DNA of 63,963 bases, filler included, from Hyphochytrium catenoides (Eukaryota > Protista > Hyphochytriomycota): NCBI GenBank assembly GCA_900088475.1. It is 20 parts of 20 records of this genome, joined end to end, with 100 filler letters (N's around TTAATTAATTAA, not from the genome) between each part and the next. Parts side by side here need not be neighbours in the genome. Positions count along the whole stretch, not along the records: positions 62,914 to 63,963 come from FLMG01004526.1; 19 more parts are not named here. One strand, given 5' to 3'. Position numbers and translations under genes: made by a program. Under the pieces are notes generated by a model. That model ran no database searches. It was not told where the DNA came from and saw only the letters and a list, made by a program, of their open reading frames with translations. This document shows, in pieces, positions 63,701-63,963 of this stretch; position 1 is the stretch's first letter, and each line of letters begins with the position of its first letter.

Positions 63701-63904
63701 CGCTGCTGCCAGAGAAGTGCGAGAAAAAAGTCGGAGAGGCATGAAGACATCTGCTAACAGCGCTACCTTCTCAGCTTTGGAAGCTATTAGTCTGATCTCC
63801 GCGACAGGATCCGAAGGCTGGTGTACAAGCCCCAGATGCACGACTAGAGTCCCGCAGTGCGCTCCCAGAGTCAGACAAGACAGGAACACCAGTAGCTGTG
63901 TAGC
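63110..63904 (-). CDS. FEX: FEX (CrcB/Fluc-like) fluoride exporter: linker and second Fluc domain, internal fragment
   Basis: WGPPGALLRWWLAQYN..FPLFTFIANMLG is the Fluc GxxxR / GTF.AN signature. It is preceded by a hydrophobic helix and a hydrophilic linker, and the exons join in frame. Confidence 0.85.
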
Positions 63905-63963
63905 CTATTTGCATGGAGACCCATGTCGGCATGATCAGCAGGCTTGAACGGTTTGTGCCAACC

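Overview
This is eukaryotic DNA, most likely from a stramenopile protist. That inference rests on an oomycete-type 7TM-TKL kinase fusion and a tenascin/mastigoneme-like EGF protein. The window is not one locus. About 20 short unplaced contigs are concatenated with an artificial 100-nt spacer (N44-TTAATTAATTAA-N44), so gene neighbourhoods are meaningful only inside a contig. Most ORFs in the supplied track are artefacts of (GA)n/(CT)n microsatellites. Intron-containing genes reconstructed by hand from GT-AG boundaries are: mitochondrial ATP synthase OSCP, an MCTP-like C2/transmembrane protein, a 7TM-TKL kinase, USO1/p115, pyrroline-5-carboxylate reductase, WAPL, a type I metacaspase, SDHA (complete), TRM10, an EGF-repeat protein and a FEX fluoride exporter. 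Intronless ORFs encode a glyoxalase/VOC protein and a small hydrophobic protein. Mobile DNA includes a Ty3/gypsy gag-protease, two Ty1/copia fragments, relics of an RLE-type non-LTR retrotransposon, a hAT-type MITE, a PIF/Harbinger-like terminus and a probable DNA-transposon ORF. The most striking item is an intronless array of near-identical alternating 36-aa PPR motifs (216-nt unit, 57996-59103). Its substitutions cluster at and next to the PPR base-specifying positions, resembling a TALE-like, naturally re-programmed RNA-binding array.
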